DNA of 64,000 nucleotides from Actinomycetes bacterium (GCA_024639145.1 JAHEIZ010000002.1:155027-219026); one strand, 5' to 3'; positions 10,863 through 25,904 are shown, counted from the stretch's first letter. Program-made: numbers and translations. The notes: generated by a model from the sequence alone, not told the origin.

Positions 10863-11357
10863 TCAGCCAAGCGGTGCGAGGGCCGCGAGACGTGCGCGTG
10901 CCTTCATGACCGCATCGGCGGCGATCTTCCCGGCTGACTCGTAGATCGAGATCATCCGAGTCTCGATGTCCACCGAGAGCTTCTTGGCTGTCGACGGACC
11001 TCGCACCTCGAACGGCAGGTCATAGGCGATTGCTGCTGCCGGAATTGACTGGCCGTCAGCGCTCGCGAGATCGATCCATGCCTCACGAAATCGGCGGTGC
11101 GCGGCAAGTGACGCCACGGCCCGTTCGCGGTCGACCCCCGTGAGATGGGCACCGATCACGCCATACGCGTAGATCGCCGCATTCTCGGCCTCGATCAGGG
11201 TGCCGACATCCGCCGTTGTGGACACCTCGGAGGCCGCAGGGGGCGTGGCCGACTCGGTCGTCGAGGATCCGCCGCATCCGGTCAGGCTGATCGCGCCGAT
11301 CGTGAGCACCACGAGGAGGGCGCACGTGCTGCGGCCCTGGCCCCGACGTCGTCGCAT
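10863..11357 (-). CDS. Putative lipoprotein with ferritin-like (DUF4439-type) domain
   Basis: MRRRR, hydrophobic stretch, lipobox LTGC, S/T/A linker, then AENAAIYAYGVIGAHL...AHRRFR...PAAAIAYDLPF; usual position between proS and rimP. Confidence 0.7.
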   Translation of the reverse strand: MRRRRGQGRSTCALLVVLTIGAISLTGCGGSSTTESATPPAASEVSTTADVGTLIEAENAAIYAYGVIGAHLTGVDRERAVASLAAHRRFREAWIDLASADGQSIPAAAIAYDLPFEVRGPSTAKKLSVDIETRMISIYESAGKIAADAVMKARARLAALAPLG

Positions 11358-11450
11358 CTGACCAGGATGCCATGGCGCGCTAGAGTCGTCGTGCCGGGCA
11401 TGACGCCGGTCACAAGTGAATCCGACAATTGAATGGCAGCAGGAGCAGCG

Positions 11451-11936
11451 ATGACAGACATTCCCCCTGGTGATCTTGCCCGACAGATCCAGGCTGAGAT
11501 TTCCGCCGTGGTCGAGGCCGAAATCGATGTCGAAGACGTCACCATCTCGAAGGCAGGCCGCCGTCAGCTCGTGCGCGTGATCATTGATCGCGACGGCGGC
11601 ATAGATCTCGATCTTGTCGCGTCGGTGAGTCACCAAGTCTCCGAGATTCTCGACCAGCCCGGCTATGAGTCGTCCTTGGGTGACTCCTATGTCCTCGAGG
11701 TAACCTCGCCCGGCACTGACCGCCCGCTTACCTCGGAATCACACTGGCGTCGAGCGGCCACTCGCCTGGTCGTCGCCGATCTCGTCGATGGAACGTCCGT
11801 CACGGCACGCATCGTGTCTGTGATCGACGGAGTCGTCGTCCTGCAGCCAGAGAAGGGCGAGTCACTCTCGATTCCGATCACGCAGCTGCTTCGCGGCACT
11901 GTCCAGGTCGAGTTCAACCGGTCGGAGAAGGAGTAG
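11451..11936 (+). CDS. rimP: Ribosome maturation factor RimP
   Basis: [35 protein letters not shown]; SD AGGAG before ATG 11451; upstream of nusA. Confidence 0.95.
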   Translation: MTDIPPGDLARQIQAEISAVVEAEIDVEDVTISKAGRRQLVRVIIDRDGGIDLDLVASVSHQVSEILDQPGYESSLGDSYVLEVTSPGTDRPLTSESHWRRAATRLVVADLVDGTSVTARIVSVIDGVVVLQPEKGESLSIPITQLLRGTVQVEFNRSEKE

Positions 11937-11938
11937 TC

Positions 11939-12943
11939 ATGGATATCGATGTCAGCGCGCTCAAAGCACTTGTCCGCGAGAAGGAGCTCTCTCTCGACCT
12001 CGTGGTCGACACCATCGAGCAGGCACTTCTCACTGCCTACCATCGAACCGAGGGTGCAGCCACGCGCGCGCGCGCGACCCTCGACCGAAAGACCGGTCAC
12101 GTCATTGTCTACGCGACCGAGCTCGACGACGAGGGAAATGTCGTGCGCGAGTACGACGACACGCCCGAGGGTTTTGGCCGAATCGCGGCGACCACCGCGC
12201 GCCAGGTGCTGCTCAATCGCCTTCGCGAGGCCGAGGATGACGTCACCCACAGCGAGTTTGCCGGGCGCGAGGGCGACCTCATCTCCGGAGTGATTCAGCA
12301 GAACAGCAATCCGCGCATGGTGCGCGTTGACATCGGCAAGGTTGAGGCGAACCTGCCTCCGGAGGAGCAGGTGCCGGGCGAGTCATACGTGCACGGTGAG
12401 CGGATCAAGGGCATTGTCACGGCCGTGCGCAAGGGCTTCAAGGGCCCGCAGGTCACTATCTCGCGCAGCCACCCCAATCTCGTTCGCGCTCTCTTCGCCC
12501 TGGAGGTTCCCGAGATCGCCGATGGCACGGTCACGATCAACGCACTGGCCCGCGAGGCTGGGCATCGCACGAAGATCGCCGTGCGCTCAACCGTGCCCGG
12601 CGTGAACGCCAAGGGTGCCTGCATTGGCCCCCTGGGTCAGCGCGTGCGCCAGGTGATGAGCGAACTCGGCGGCGAGAAGATCGACATCGTCGACTTCAGC
12701 GATGACCCTGCCGAGATGATCGCTCACGCGCTCTCACCGGCCCGCGTGGAGTCCGTGCTGATTGTCGATCCGGTGGCACGTGCAGCCCGCGTGATCGTTC
12801 CTGACTACCAACTCTCCCTAGCGATCGGTCGAGAAGGGCAGAACGCCCGACTCGCGGCTCGCCTGACCGGGTGGCGCATCGATATTCGCTCCGATGCCGC
12901 GCCAGTGGCACCGGTGAGCCAGGGCGCGGAAGACGACAACTGA
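11939..12943 (+). CDS. nusA: Transcription termination/antitermination factor NusA
   Basis: [13 protein letters not shown]1 domain, [46 protein letters not shown]. Confidence 0.98.
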   Translation: MDIDVSALKALVREKELSLDLVVDTIEQALLTAYHRTEGAATRARATLDRKTGHVIVYATELDDEGNVVREYDDTPEGFGRIAATTARQVLLNRLREAEDDVTHSEFAGREGDLISGVIQQNSNPRMVRVDIGKVEANLPPEEQVPGESYVHGERIKGIVTAVRKGFKGPQVTISRSHPNLVRALFALEVPEIADGTVTINALAREAGHRTKIAVRSTVPGVNAKGACIGPLGQRVRQVMSELGGEKIDIVDFSDDPAEMIAHALSPARVESVLIVDPVARAARVIVPDYQLSLAIGREGQNARLAARLTGWRIDIRSDAAPVAPVSQGAEDDN

Positions 12944-12944
12944 G

Positions 12945-13193
12945 GTGATTCGCACGTGCATCGGGTGCCGGGCCCGTCAGGAGCCCGACGCCGAACCTCC
13001 ATTGGCGCATGTGGTGGCCGTGGGTCAGGTGGTCACGCCTGATCCGCGCGGCCTGCTGGATGGGCGTGGAGCGTGGGTGCACCCCCAGTGCGTCAGCGAG
13101 GCCACCAAGAGGCGCTCCTGGGGCCGCGCACTACGGCTCGAGGGCGCGGTCGACCTGTCGTTGGTTCAGGAGCCGGGTGCGCTACGGGTATAG
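12945..13193 (+). CDS. ylxR: YlxR/DUF448-family RNA-binding protein
   Basis: RTCIGCR and GRGAWVH motifs; located between nusA and infB. Confidence 0.85.
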   Translation: MIRTCIGCRARQEPDAEPPLAHVVAVGQVVTPDPRGLLDGRGAWVHPQCVSEATKRRSWGRALRLEGAVDLSLVQEPGALRV

Positions 13194-13251
13194 TGCCTCT
13201 TGGTCAGTGGCATGTCCGCCCTGATCTCCGCCCACCGTTCGGGAGCCCCTC

Positions 13252-13331
13252 ATGAGGACTTACACCCGATGAACGCACGGATTTGACCATGCGTCGTTTG
13301 AACTGACGGCCCGGTGCGGTAAGCCCGGGCC
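13252..13331 (+). promoter_or_regulatory. infB leader: three consecutive mini-ORFs followed by a GC hairpin
   Basis: MRTYTR* 13252-13272 (SD GGGAG 13241-13245), MNARI* 13269-13286 (ATGA overlap), MRRLN* 13289-13306, stem GGCCCGG 13308-13314 / CCGGGCC 13325-13331; candidate -10 TATAGT 13189-13194. Confidence 0.55.
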
Positions 13332-13346
13332 AAAGACAGGAGAGTT

Positions 13347-16055
13347 GTGTCAAAGGTCCGGGTCCACGAGCTCGCCAAAGAGCTCGGGGTTTCTAGTAAG
13401 GACGTTCTTGCCAAGCTGCAGGAACTCGGTGAATTCGTAAAGTCCGCCTCATCCACGGTCGAGGCTCCCGTCATCCGCAAGCTCAAGGAAGCTATGCCGG
13501 CTGTCGAGGCTCCCGTGAAGAAGACGGCGGCCAAGAAGACGACCAAGAAGGCGGTTGCGACCGCTGAGGAGCCTGCCGCCGTCGCGGAATCCGTGTCGGA
13601 GGCTCCCGCAGAGCCCGCCATGAAGGCAGTTCCGGCCCCCGCTCCTACTCCCGCACCCGCGCCTGAGCCCGGTGACGCAACTGAGCCTGCGGCGTCCTCC
13701 ACTCCCGCGCCCCCCGCCGGGCCGCGTCCTGCTGGCCCGCGCCCGGGTAACAACCCATTCGGTGGCAGCACCGGCATGGGTCGCCCTGCTGGCCCGCGCC
13801 CGGGTAACAACCCGTTCGGTGGCAGCACCGGCATGGGTCGCCCGGCCCCGGCTCCTGCCGCGGGTGGCGTGCCCGGCGCCCCGCGCCCCAATCCCGGCTC
13901 CATGCCTGCTCGCCAGGTACGCCCGGCTCCGACAGGTCGTCCCGGCGGTCCGGGCGGTCCCGGTCGTCCCGGTGGAGCACCCGGCGGTCGTCCCGGCGGT
14001 CCCGGTCGTCCCGGTGGAGCACCCGGCGGTGGCTTTGCCGGTCGTCCCGGTGGTCCCGGTGGAGCACCCGGTGGAGCACCGGGTGGAGGCTTCCCCGGCC
14101 GTAGCGGTCCCGGTGGTCGCGGCACCACGGCGGGCGCCTTCGGACGTCCGGGCGGTCGCCCGTCCAAGGGACGCAAGTCCAAGCGCGCCAAGCGTCAGGA
14201 ATTCGACAACATGCAGGCCCCGGTCATGGAGGGCGTGCGCATCATGCGCGGTGGCGGTGCCACCGTTCGCCTGCCTCGCGGTGCGAGCCTGACCGACTTC
14301 GCGGAGAAGATCAACGCGATGCCGGCTGATCTCGTCAAGGTGCTCATTGGCCTGGGCGAGATGGTCACGGCCACTCAGTCGATCGATGACGACACGTTGC
14401 GCCTGCTCGGCGAGGAGCTCAGCTACAACGTCGAGGTCGTCTCGCCGGAGGACGAGGATCGCGAGCTCCTCGAGTCGTACAACCTCGAGTTCGGCGAGCA
14501 TGAGGGCGATGACGATGATCTCGTCATCCGCCCGCCGGTCGTCACCGTCATGGGTCACGTCGATCATGGCAAGACTCGTCTCCTCGATGCGATTCGCAAG
14601 ACCAATGTCATCGGCGGAGAGGCCGGCGGCATCACTCAGCACATCGGCGCTTACCAAGCGACCGCGCACACCGCTGATGGCGATCGCAAGATCACCTTCA
14701 TCGATACGCCCGGTCACGAGGCCTTCACGGCGATGCGTGCCCGTGGTGCTCAGGTCACCGATATCTCGATCCTCGTGGTCGCAGCTGACGATGGCGTGAA
14801 GCCGCAGACGATCGAAGCACTCAACCACGCGCAGGCCGCTGGCGTGCCGATCGTGGTGGCCGTGAACAAGGTCGACAAGGAGGGTGCTGACCCGATGAAG
14901 GTCCGTACTCAGCTCACGGAGTACGGCCTGGTTGCCGAGGAATTCGGCGGCGAGACCATGTTCGTCGACGTCTCGGCGAAGGCAGGAACGGGCATCGAGA
15001 GCCTGCTCGACGCAGTCCTGCTCACCGCTGATGCGGCGCTCGACCTACGTGCCAACCCGAACCAGCAGGCCGAGGGTGTGGCCATCGAGGCTCATCTCGA
15101 CCGCGGTCGTGGCCCCGTTGCGACCGTGCTCGTGCAGCGCGGAACCTTGCGTGCCGGTGACTCCATCGTCGCCGGTGACGCCTTCGGCCGCGTTCGTGCA
15201 ATGCTCGATGACGAAGGCAATGTCGTCGACGAGGCCGGTCCGTCGTTCCCCGTCCAGGTTCTCGGCCTCACGTCCGTGCCCGGTGCAGGCGACAGCTTCA
15301 TGGTCGTGGCGGAGGATCGCATCGCACGTCAGATCGCCCAGACCCGACAAGCTCGCGAGCGCAATGCACTGCTCGCGCGCAATCGCGTCAAGCGCTCGCT
15401 CGAGGACTTCCTCGAGTCGGTGGAGCGTGGCGAGATCTCCGAACTCACCCTCATCATCAAGGGCGACGTATCGGGATCCGTCGAGGCGCTCGAGGATGCC
15501 CTGCTCAAGATCGATGTCGGCGACGAGGTCTCCCTGCGCGTGATTCACCGCGGTGTCGGTGCCATCAACAAGAACGACGTCACCTTGGCGAGTGCATCTA
15601 AGTCCGTCATCATCGGCTTCAATGTGCGACCCGAGGGCAAGGTGGCCGAACTCGCCGCAGAAGAAGGCGTCGACGTCCGCTACTACAGCGTCATCTACCA
15701 GGCACTCGAAGAGGTCGAGGCTGCTCTTAAGGGCATGCTCAAGCCCGAGTACGAAGAGGTTCAGCTCGGTACAGCCGAGGTGCGCGAGGTCTTCAAGTCG
15801 AGCAAGTTCGGCACCATCGCCGGCTGTCTCGTGCAGTCGGGTGAGATCAAGCGCAACTCGAAGGCTCGTCTCATCCGTGACGGCGCCGTCGTCGCTGAGA
15901 GCGTTGCCGTGGCAGGCCTGCGTCGCTTCAAGGACGATGTCACCGAGGTTCGCGAGGGCTTCGAGTGCGGTATCAACCTGGGCAACTTCCAAGATGTCAA
16001 GGTCGACGACGTCATTGAGACCTATGAGATGCGCGAGAAGCCGAGAAAGCCATGA
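13347..16055 (+). CDS. infB: Translation initiation factor IF-2
   Basis: [12 protein letters not shown], Pro/Gly-rich linker, [38 protein letters not shown]. Confidence 0.99.
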   Translation: MSKVRVHELAKELGVSSKDVLAKLQELGEFVKSASSTVEAPVIRKLKEAMPAVEAPVKKTAAKKTTKKAVATAEEPAAVAESVSEAPAEPAMKAVPAPAPTPAPAPEPGDATEPAASSTPAPPAGPRPAGPRPGNNPFGGSTGMGRPAGPRPGNNPFGGSTGMGRPAPAPAAGGVPGAPRPNPGSMPARQVRPAPTGRPGGPGGPGRPGGAPGGRPGGPGRPGGAPGGGFAGRPGGPGGAPGGAPGGGFPGRSGPGGRGTTAGAFGRPGGRPSKGRKSKRAKRQEFDNMQAPVMEGVRIMRGGGATVRLPRGASLTDFAEKINAMPADLVKVLIGLGEMVTATQSIDDDTLRLLGEELSYNVEVVSPEDEDRELLESYNLEFGEHEGDDDDLVIRPPVVTVMGHVDHGKTRLLDAIRKTNVIGGEAGGITQHIGAYQATAHTADGDRKITFIDTPGHEAFTAMRARGAQVTDISILVVAADDGVKPQTIEALNHAQAAGVPIVVAVNKVDKEGADPMKVRTQLTEYGLVAEEFGGETMFVDVSAKAGTGIESLLDAVLLTADAALDLRANPNQQAEGVAIEAHLDRGRGPVATVLVQRGTLRAGDSIVAGDAFGRVRAMLDDEGNVVDEAGPSFPVQVLGLTSVPGAGDSFMVVAEDRIARQIAQTRQARERNALLARNRVKRSLEDFLESVERGEISELTLIIKGDVSGSVEALEDALLKIDVGDEVSLRVIHRGVGAINKNDVTLASASKSVIIGFNVRPEGKVAELAAEEGVDVRYYSVIYQALEEVEAALKGMLKPEYEEVQLGTAEVREVFKSSKFGTIAGCLVQSGEIKRNSKARLIRDGAVVAESVAVAGLRRFKDDVTEVREGFECGINLGNFQDVKVDDVIETYEMREKPRKP
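13728..13841 (+). repeat. 57-bp tandem duplication inside infB ([19 protein letters not shown] x2)
   Basis: Units 13728-13784 and 13785-13841 differ at one synonymous base (CCA/CCG). Confidence 0.95.
13936..14090 (+). repeat. Low-complexity GGT-CGT-CCC / GGTGGAGCACCC repeats (GRPGG/PGGA) in the IF2 linker
   Basis: Short degenerate in-frame repeats visible directly in the sequence. Confidence 0.85.
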
Positions 16056-16495
16056 GCAGTGAGGCCCGTCAACGAAAGATGGCCGATCGCATCAAGGTAA
16101 TCGTGGCCGAGACCCTCGAGATGCGGATCAAGGATCCGCGCTTGGGCTTCATCACGATCACCGACGTGCGCGTCACGCCTGATCTACGTGAAGCGTCGGT
16201 GTTCTACACAGTCTATGGCGACGATGAGGAACGAGTGGCGACAGCCGCTGCTCTCGAGTCGGCTAAGGGGGTACTTCGCAGCGAAGTGGGCAAGCAGACG
16301 GGCATCAAGTTCACTCCGAGCCTCGCTTTCTTCCTCGATGCGATCCCCGACAACGCGCGACAGCTTGAGGATCTCCTACGCCAGGCAGCGGAAGCCGATG
16401 CTCAGGTGCATGAGCAGGCAGAGAATGCTTCCTATGCTGGCGATGCGGATCCATATCGCCATGCCCGTGATGAGGATGCCGAAGCCGAGGCATGA
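16052..16495 (+). CDS. rbfA: Ribosome-binding factor A
   Basis: [34 protein letters not shown]; ATGA overlap with infB. Confidence 0.97.
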   Translation: MSSEARQRKMADRIKVIVAETLEMRIKDPRLGFITITDVRVTPDLREASVFYTVYGDDEERVATAAALESAKGVLRSEVGKQTGIKFTPSLAFFLDAIPDNARQLEDLLRQAAEADAQVHEQAENASYAGDADPYRHARDEDAEAEA

Positions 16496-17385
16496 CGCCT
16501 TCACCAGGCGCTGTGGTCGCCTCAGGTCTGCTTCTGGTCGACAAGCCCGGGGGCATCACCTCGCATGGAGCCGTCGCGATAGCCCGGCGCGCGATGGGCA
16601 CCCGCAAGATCGGTCATGCCGGCACCCTCGACCCGATGGCTACCGGCCTGCTGATCCTGGGCGTGGAACGCGCTACCCGACTGCTGGGGCATCTGGCGCT
16701 CCATGACAAGGAGTACGTGGCCACCATTCGTCTCGGAAGTGCGACTGTGACCGACGACGCCGAAGGTGAGGTCATCTCGACGGCTTCGATTGAGGCACTC
16801 GAGTCGGTCTCGGATGCGCTCATCGACCTGGGGATGAATGCCCTGACCGGAGACATTCAGCAGGTGCCGAGCTCAGTCAGTGCGATCAAGGTCGAGGGCA
16901 AGCGGTCCTATGCGCGCGTGCGCGCAGGCGAGCATGTCGAGCTGAAGCCACGGGCAGTGACCGTGTCGGCATTCGAGCTCACGGGCATACGACGTGAGAG
17001 TGACTCGATCGACATCGACGTGCGCGTGGAATGCACCACCGGCACGTACATTCGGGCGCTTGCCCGAGATCTGGGTGACGCACTGGGCGTGGGGGCACAC
17101 TTGACCATGCTCCGTCGCACGCGCATTGGAGACTTCAGTGTCGATGATGCTTTCGGCCCGGATTCACTTGGCCCTTCGTGCCTGATCCCGATTGCTGACG
17201 CGGCCCGCGCCTGCTTTCCCTCTACGGTGGTCTCCGTCGAAGACGCAGACCACGTCCGTCATGGTCGACGAATCACCGTGGAACTCACCGAGCCGACCGC
17301 GCTTCTTGCACCGACCGGTGAACTGCTCGCACTCGCCGAGTCCGACAATGATCGACTGCGCTACCTCGCCGTCTTCGTCGGCTGA
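16492..17385 (+). CDS. truB: tRNA pseudouridine(55) synthase
   Basis: LVDKPGGITSH, KIGHAGTLDPMATGLL, SAIKVEGKRSY, GTYIRALARDLG, LRRTRIG. Confidence 0.97.
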   Translation: MTPSPGAVVASGLLLVDKPGGITSHGAVAIARRAMGTRKIGHAGTLDPMATGLLILGVERATRLLGHLALHDKEYVATIRLGSATVTDDAEGEVISTASIEALESVSDALIDLGMNALTGDIQQVPSSVSAIKVEGKRSYARVRAGEHVELKPRAVTVSAFELTGIRRESDSIDIDVRVECTTGTYIRALARDLGDALGVGAHLTMLRRTRIGDFSVDDAFGPDSLGPSCLIPIADAARACFPSTVVSVEDADHVRHGRRITVELTEPTALLAPTGELLALAESDNDRLRYLAVFVG

Positions 17386-17402
17386 TCTAGGCTGGAGTCC
17401 TG

Positions 17403-18311
17403 ATGAGCGAGACGACCGGCAGTGTTGTTGCCTGCATAGGCGTTTTCGACGGCGTGCACCGCGGGCATCGGACCCTCATCGACGCCGCCCGTCGCATCGC
17501 CGATGAGGCCGAACTCCCGCTGGTGGCGATCACGTTCTACCCGCATCCGGCAGCTGTCCTCCGACCGGAGGCCGTGCCGTCCCAGATCGCCTCACTCGAA
17601 GATCGGGTCGCACTCCTACTCGAAGCCGGAGCCGATGCGGTCGAGGTCATCGATTTCACCTCCGAGTACGCCGACATCACTCCGACCGAGTTCATCGACG
17701 ATGCTCTTGTCGAACGCATGAATGCCGCCCATGTCGTGGTGGGGGAGAACTTCCGGTTCGGTCGCCTGGCAGCGGGCACGCCTGACCTCCTCATGGTCGA
17801 ATGCGCTGAGCGCAAGATCACGGCCCACATCGTGCCGGTGGCCGCCGATTCGACTCCCTGGTCCTCGACCCGCATCCGAACGCAAGTCAGTTCCGGAGAT
17901 GTGCAGGGGGCGGCCGCGGTGCTCGGGCGGCCATTCTCACTCACCGGCACGGTCGTGCACGGAGATCATCGCGGCCGCGAGCTGGGCTACCCGACTGCCA
18001 ATGTGCAGACCGCCCCGGGAATGCTCGTGCCCGCTGATGGCGTCTACGCCGGTTGGCTCGAGACGGCCGGCGAGCGGTACCCGGCAGCGATCTCCGTGGG
18101 AACTAATCCGCAGTTCCACGGTGCCGAGCTGCGGATTGAGGCCTACTGCCTCGATCGAACCGACCTGGACCTCTATGGCCTGCCCGCCCGCGTCGTGTTC
18201 GCACGCCGGCTGCGCGCCCAGGCTGTCTTCGACTCGCTCGAGGCCTTCCTCGATCAGATGGCGCTCGATGTCGAGCAGGCTCGATTCGTCCTCGACACGC
18301 CAATCCCGTAG
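17403..18311 (+). CDS. ribF: Bifunctional riboflavin kinase/FAD synthetase
   Basis: IGVFDGVHRGH, VVGENFRFG, SSTRIR, GRELGYPTAN, PADGVYAG. Confidence 0.96.
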   Translation: MSETTGSVVACIGVFDGVHRGHRTLIDAARRIADEAELPLVAITFYPHPAAVLRPEAVPSQIASLEDRVALLLEAGADAVEVIDFTSEYADITPTEFIDDALVERMNAAHVVVGENFRFGRLAAGTPDLLMVECAERKITAHIVPVAADSTPWSSTRIRTQVSSGDVQGAAAVLGRPFSLTGTVVHGDHRGRELGYPTANVQTAPGMLVPADGVYAGWLETAGERYPAAISVGTNPQFHGAELRIEAYCLDRTDLDLYGLPARVVFARRLRAQAVFDSLEAFLDQMALDVEQARFVLDTPIP

Positions 18312-18390
18312 AATTCCTACGCAGGCCAACGTCGTCCTGTGAATGGCTCGGGCATGCCCGAGTGAATCCCGGCGACGACAAGGACATCTG
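18309..18390 (+). promoter_or_regulatory. gltB promoter (-10 TAGAAT 18309-18314) and structured leader
   Basis: Perfect 16-bp palindrome CTCGGGCATGCCCGAG 18347-18362 nested in GTCGTC 18331-18336 / GACGAC 18374-18379. Confidence 0.5.
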
Positions 18391-22914
<4,524 letters not shown>

Positions 22915-22915
22915 C

Positions 22916-24370
22916 ATGGCTGATCCGAAGGGTTTCTTGACCACCGATCGTGAGCTGCCGACTCGTCGGCCGGTTGACGTGCGTCTTCAGGACTGGCGTG
23001 AGGTCTACAACGAGTTTCCCGGCGAGAAGCTGGAGAAGCAGGCGGGGCGCTGCATGGACTGCGGCATCCCGTTCTGCCACAACGGGTGCCCGCTCGGCAA
23101 CCTGATTCCCGAGTGGAATGACCTCGTCTGGCACGGCGACTGGCAGGCGGCGTCCGAGCGACTTCACGCGACCAACAACTTCCCGGAGTTCACGGGCCGA
23201 CTGTGCCCGGCTCCCTGCGAAACCGCCTGCGTACTCGGCATCAATGCCGATCCCGTCACGATCAAGCAGGTAGAGGTGTCGATCATCGATCGAGCCTGGG
23301 ATTCCGGCTGGGTCACTCCGCAGCAGCCCGAAAGGCTCTCGGGCAAGACGGTTGCAGTCATCGGCTCAGGGCCTGCGGGCCTGGCCGCCGCGCAGCAACT
23401 GTCGCGTGCCGGTCATACCGTGGCCGTGTATGAGCGTGCGGATCGAATCGGCGGGCTCCTGCGCTACGGCATCCCCGAGTTCAAGATGGAAAAGCGCCAC
23501 ATCGATCGACGTATCGCCCAGATGGAGGCCGAGGGAGTCAAGTTCCGTGCGGGTGTAGAGGTCGGCATTGACATCACCGGTGACGATCTCCGTCGTCGTT
23601 ATGACGCGGTAGTCGTGGCCATTGGTGCCACGGCATGGCGTGACCTGCCCGTGCCCGGACGCGATCTCAAGGGCATCTACCAGGCGATGGAATTCCTGCC
23701 GCTCGCCAATCGCGTGCAGGAGGGTGACATGGCCGAGTCGCCCATCACAGTGACCGGCAAGCACGTCGTGATCATCGGCGGTGGTGACACCGGCGCCGAT
23801 TGTCTCGGAACCTCCCATCGTCAGGGAGCAGCGTCCGTCACCCAGATCGAGATCCTCCCGATGCCCTCGAGCACCCGCCCGGAGGGACAGCCTTGGCCGA
23901 CCTATCCCATGACCTATCGGGTCACCAGCGCGCACGAGGAGGGCGGCGACCGCGTGTACGCGGTTTCCACGACCGAGTTCGTCGGGGATGACGCGGGAAA
24001 TGTCACCGGGCTCCGACTGGTGGAGGTCGAGCCGCATGAGGGCGGCTTTCGCGCGATCGAGGGCACTGAGCGCGTGCTGCCCGCCGACTATGTCTTCTTG
24101 AGTATGGGCTTCGTCGGTCCGGAGGCTTCAACGCTGGCCGAGCAGCTCGGGCTCACACTCGATGCCCGTGGAAACCTGGAGCGAGATGCCCGATACCGCA
24201 CCTCGGTGGAGGGTGTGTTCGTTGCCGGTGACGCCGGCCGGGGTCAGTCCCTGATCGTGTGGGCAATTGCCGAGGGCCGCTCAGCGGCAGCCACGGTCGA
24301 CGCCTACCTGTCGGGCACGACAAACCTGCCTTCTCCGATCAAGTCAACGGCGCGCCAGTTGCTGGTGTAA
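22916..24370 (+). CDS. gltD: Glutamate synthase small subunit
   Basis: RCMDCGIPFC, TNNFPEFTGRLCPAPCE, GSGPAGL, IGGGDTGADC, GDAGRGQSLIVWAIAEGR. Confidence 0.99.
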   Translation: MADPKGFLTTDRELPTRRPVDVRLQDWREVYNEFPGEKLEKQAGRCMDCGIPFCHNGCPLGNLIPEWNDLVWHGDWQAASERLHATNNFPEFTGRLCPAPCETACVLGINADPVTIKQVEVSIIDRAWDSGWVTPQQPERLSGKTVAVIGSGPAGLAAAQQLSRAGHTVAVYERADRIGGLLRYGIPEFKMEKRHIDRRIAQMEAEGVKFRAGVEVGIDITGDDLRRRYDAVVVAIGATAWRDLPVPGRDLKGIYQAMEFLPLANRVQEGDMAESPITVTGKHVVIIGGGDTGADCLGTSHRQGAASVTQIEILPMPSSTRPEGQPWPTYPMTYRVTSAHEEGGDRVYAVSTTEFVGDDAGNVTGLRLVEVEPHEGGFRAIEGTERVLPADYVFLSMGFVGPEASTLAEQLGLTLDARGNLERDARYRTSVEGVFVAGDAGRGQSLIVWAIAEGRSAAATVDAYLSGTTNLPSPIKSTARQLLV

Positions 24371-24403
24371 CCGTTTACTCGCTCACGGGGTAGGCTCTCG
24401 ATC

Positions 24404-25837
24404 ATGCGCTGCGCCAAGATTGTCGCCACATTAGGCCCTGCCACGAATACCCCCGAGACCCTTCGGGCGCTCGTCGACGCGGGCATGGATGTCGCTCGAC
24501 TGAACCTGTCCCATGGCAGCCATGAGGTGCACGCCGAGACGTACCGCATGGTGCGGGAAGCCTCGGATGCCTCCGGCCGCGGGGTCGGCATCCTCGTCGA
24601 TCTCCAGGGACCGAAGATCCGCCTGGGCAAGTTCGCCAGTGGCCCGGTTCTCCTCGAGAACGGCGCTGAGTTCATCGTCACGACCGAGGATGTTCCCGGT
24701 GATGCGGCAATGGTCTCGACCACGTACAAGGGCTTGCCAGGCGACGTGAAGCCCGGGGACAAAGTGCTCGTTGACGATGGTCGCGTGGCTCTCGAAGTCG
24801 TGCGGGTCGAGGGACCACGAGTGGTCACCAAGGTCGTCGAGGGAGGCCGTGTCTCCGATAACAAGGGTTTCAACCTGCCCGGTGCCGCCATGAGCGTGCC
24901 GGCGATGTCCGACAAGGATCGAGAAGACCTCCGCTGGGCCCTGCGCATCGGTGCCGACATGATCGCGCTGTCATTCGTGCGCAATGCCGCGGATATCGAT
25001 GATGTTCACGCCATCATGGCCGAGGAAGGCGTGCGCCTGCCTGTGCTCGCAAAAGTGGAGAAGCCCCAGGCCGTCGAGAATCTCGAGGAGATTGTCGCGG
25101 CGTTCGACGGGGTGATGGTTGCGCGAGGCGACCTCGGCGTTGAGCTTCCGCTCGAGATGGTTCCGCTCGTGCAGAAGCGGGCGATCCAGATGTGCCGTGA
25201 GGCGGGAAAGCCGGTCATCGTGGCCACTCAGATGCTCGACTCCATGATCACGGCGAACCGCCCAACCCGCGCTGAGGCCAGTGATGTCGCGAACGCGGTG
25301 CTCGACGGTGCCGACGCCCTCATGCTGTCGGGTGAGACGAGCGTCGGCGAGCACCCCACGTTGGTGATCGAGACCATGGGGCGCATCATCGAGCACATTG
25401 AGGAAGAAGCCCTCGATCAGCTTCCGCCTCTGACCGACTCACGCTTCGGGTCGACTGCCCGTTCGTTGACTCAGGCCGCCGTGCAGGTGGCGATTGACGC
25501 TGGCGCCACGCACTTGATCGCCTTCACCGAGACGGGCATGTCGGCGCGACTCGTGTCGCGTTGGCGCCCGCCGACTCGCATCCTCGCCTTCACTCCCAAC
25601 GCGCGCGTCCGCAGCCAGTTGTCGTTGGTCTGGGGCGTCGAGACCTTCCTGGTGCCGCAGGTTGCGCACACCGACGACATGGTGGTCCAGGTCGACAAGG
25701 CGCTGCTAGATATCGGCCGAGCGACCATCGGCGAGAAGGTCGTCATCGTGGCCGGCGTGCCGCCCGGAGTCCCGGGAACCACGAATGGCATGAGGGTCCA
25801 CAAGATCGGCATGGCCGGTGTGGGTGGCGGCGTCTAG
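24404..25837 (+). CDS. pyk: Pyruvate kinase
   Basis: KIVATLGPA, ARLNLSHG, DLQGPKIR, MVARGDLGVE, ATQMLDSM, MLSGET. Confidence 0.99.
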   Translation: MRCAKIVATLGPATNTPETLRALVDAGMDVARLNLSHGSHEVHAETYRMVREASDASGRGVGILVDLQGPKIRLGKFASGPVLLENGAEFIVTTEDVPGDAAMVSTTYKGLPGDVKPGDKVLVDDGRVALEVVRVEGPRVVTKVVEGGRVSDNKGFNLPGAAMSVPAMSDKDREDLRWALRIGADMIALSFVRNAADIDDVHAIMAEEGVRLPVLAKVEKPQAVENLEEIVAAFDGVMVARGDLGVELPLEMVPLVQKRAIQMCREAGKPVIVATQMLDSMITANRPTRAEASDVANAVLDGADALMLSGETSVGEHPTLVIETMGRIIEHIEEEALDQLPPLTDSRFGSTARSLTQAAVQVAIDAGATHLIAFTETGMSARLVSRWRPPTRILAFTPNARVRSQLSLVWGVETFLVPQVAHTDDMVVQVDKALLDIGRATIGEKVVIVAGVPPGVPGTTNGMRVHKIGMAGVGGGV

Positions 25838-25863
25838 CCCGATAGGCTGGGCACTGTTCGACG

Positions 25864-25900
25864 TCCTTTAAGCCCGTCCTGTGAGGCGGGGAAGGGGGTC
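25864..25900 (+). ncRNA. PyrR-binding site RNA overlapping the pyrR ribosome-binding site
   Basis: CCTTTAA-GCCC-GTCCTGTGAGGC-GGGGAAGG matches the CUUUAA internal loop and RUCCNGNGAGGY terminal loop consensus; -10 TAGGCT at 25843-25848. Confidence 0.9.
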
Positions 25901-25904
25901 CTTT

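Noticed and set aside
13212-13286. Single 24-aa leader peptide MSALISAH...MNARI
   Set aside because: ATG 13212 has no SD and is about 11 nt from the predicted TSS; the SD-led mini-ORF chain fits better, though this frame cannot be fully excluded.
13728-14090. Direct repeats as a possible CRISPR array
   Set aside because: In-frame coding repeats without unique spacers; no cas genes.
13449-14828. Long - strand ORFs opposite infB (similar ones opposite gltB, pyk, carB, the sugar cassette, cysNC and pheS)
   Set aside because: Expected stop-poor antisense frames in high-GC coding DNA; no motifs or RBS.
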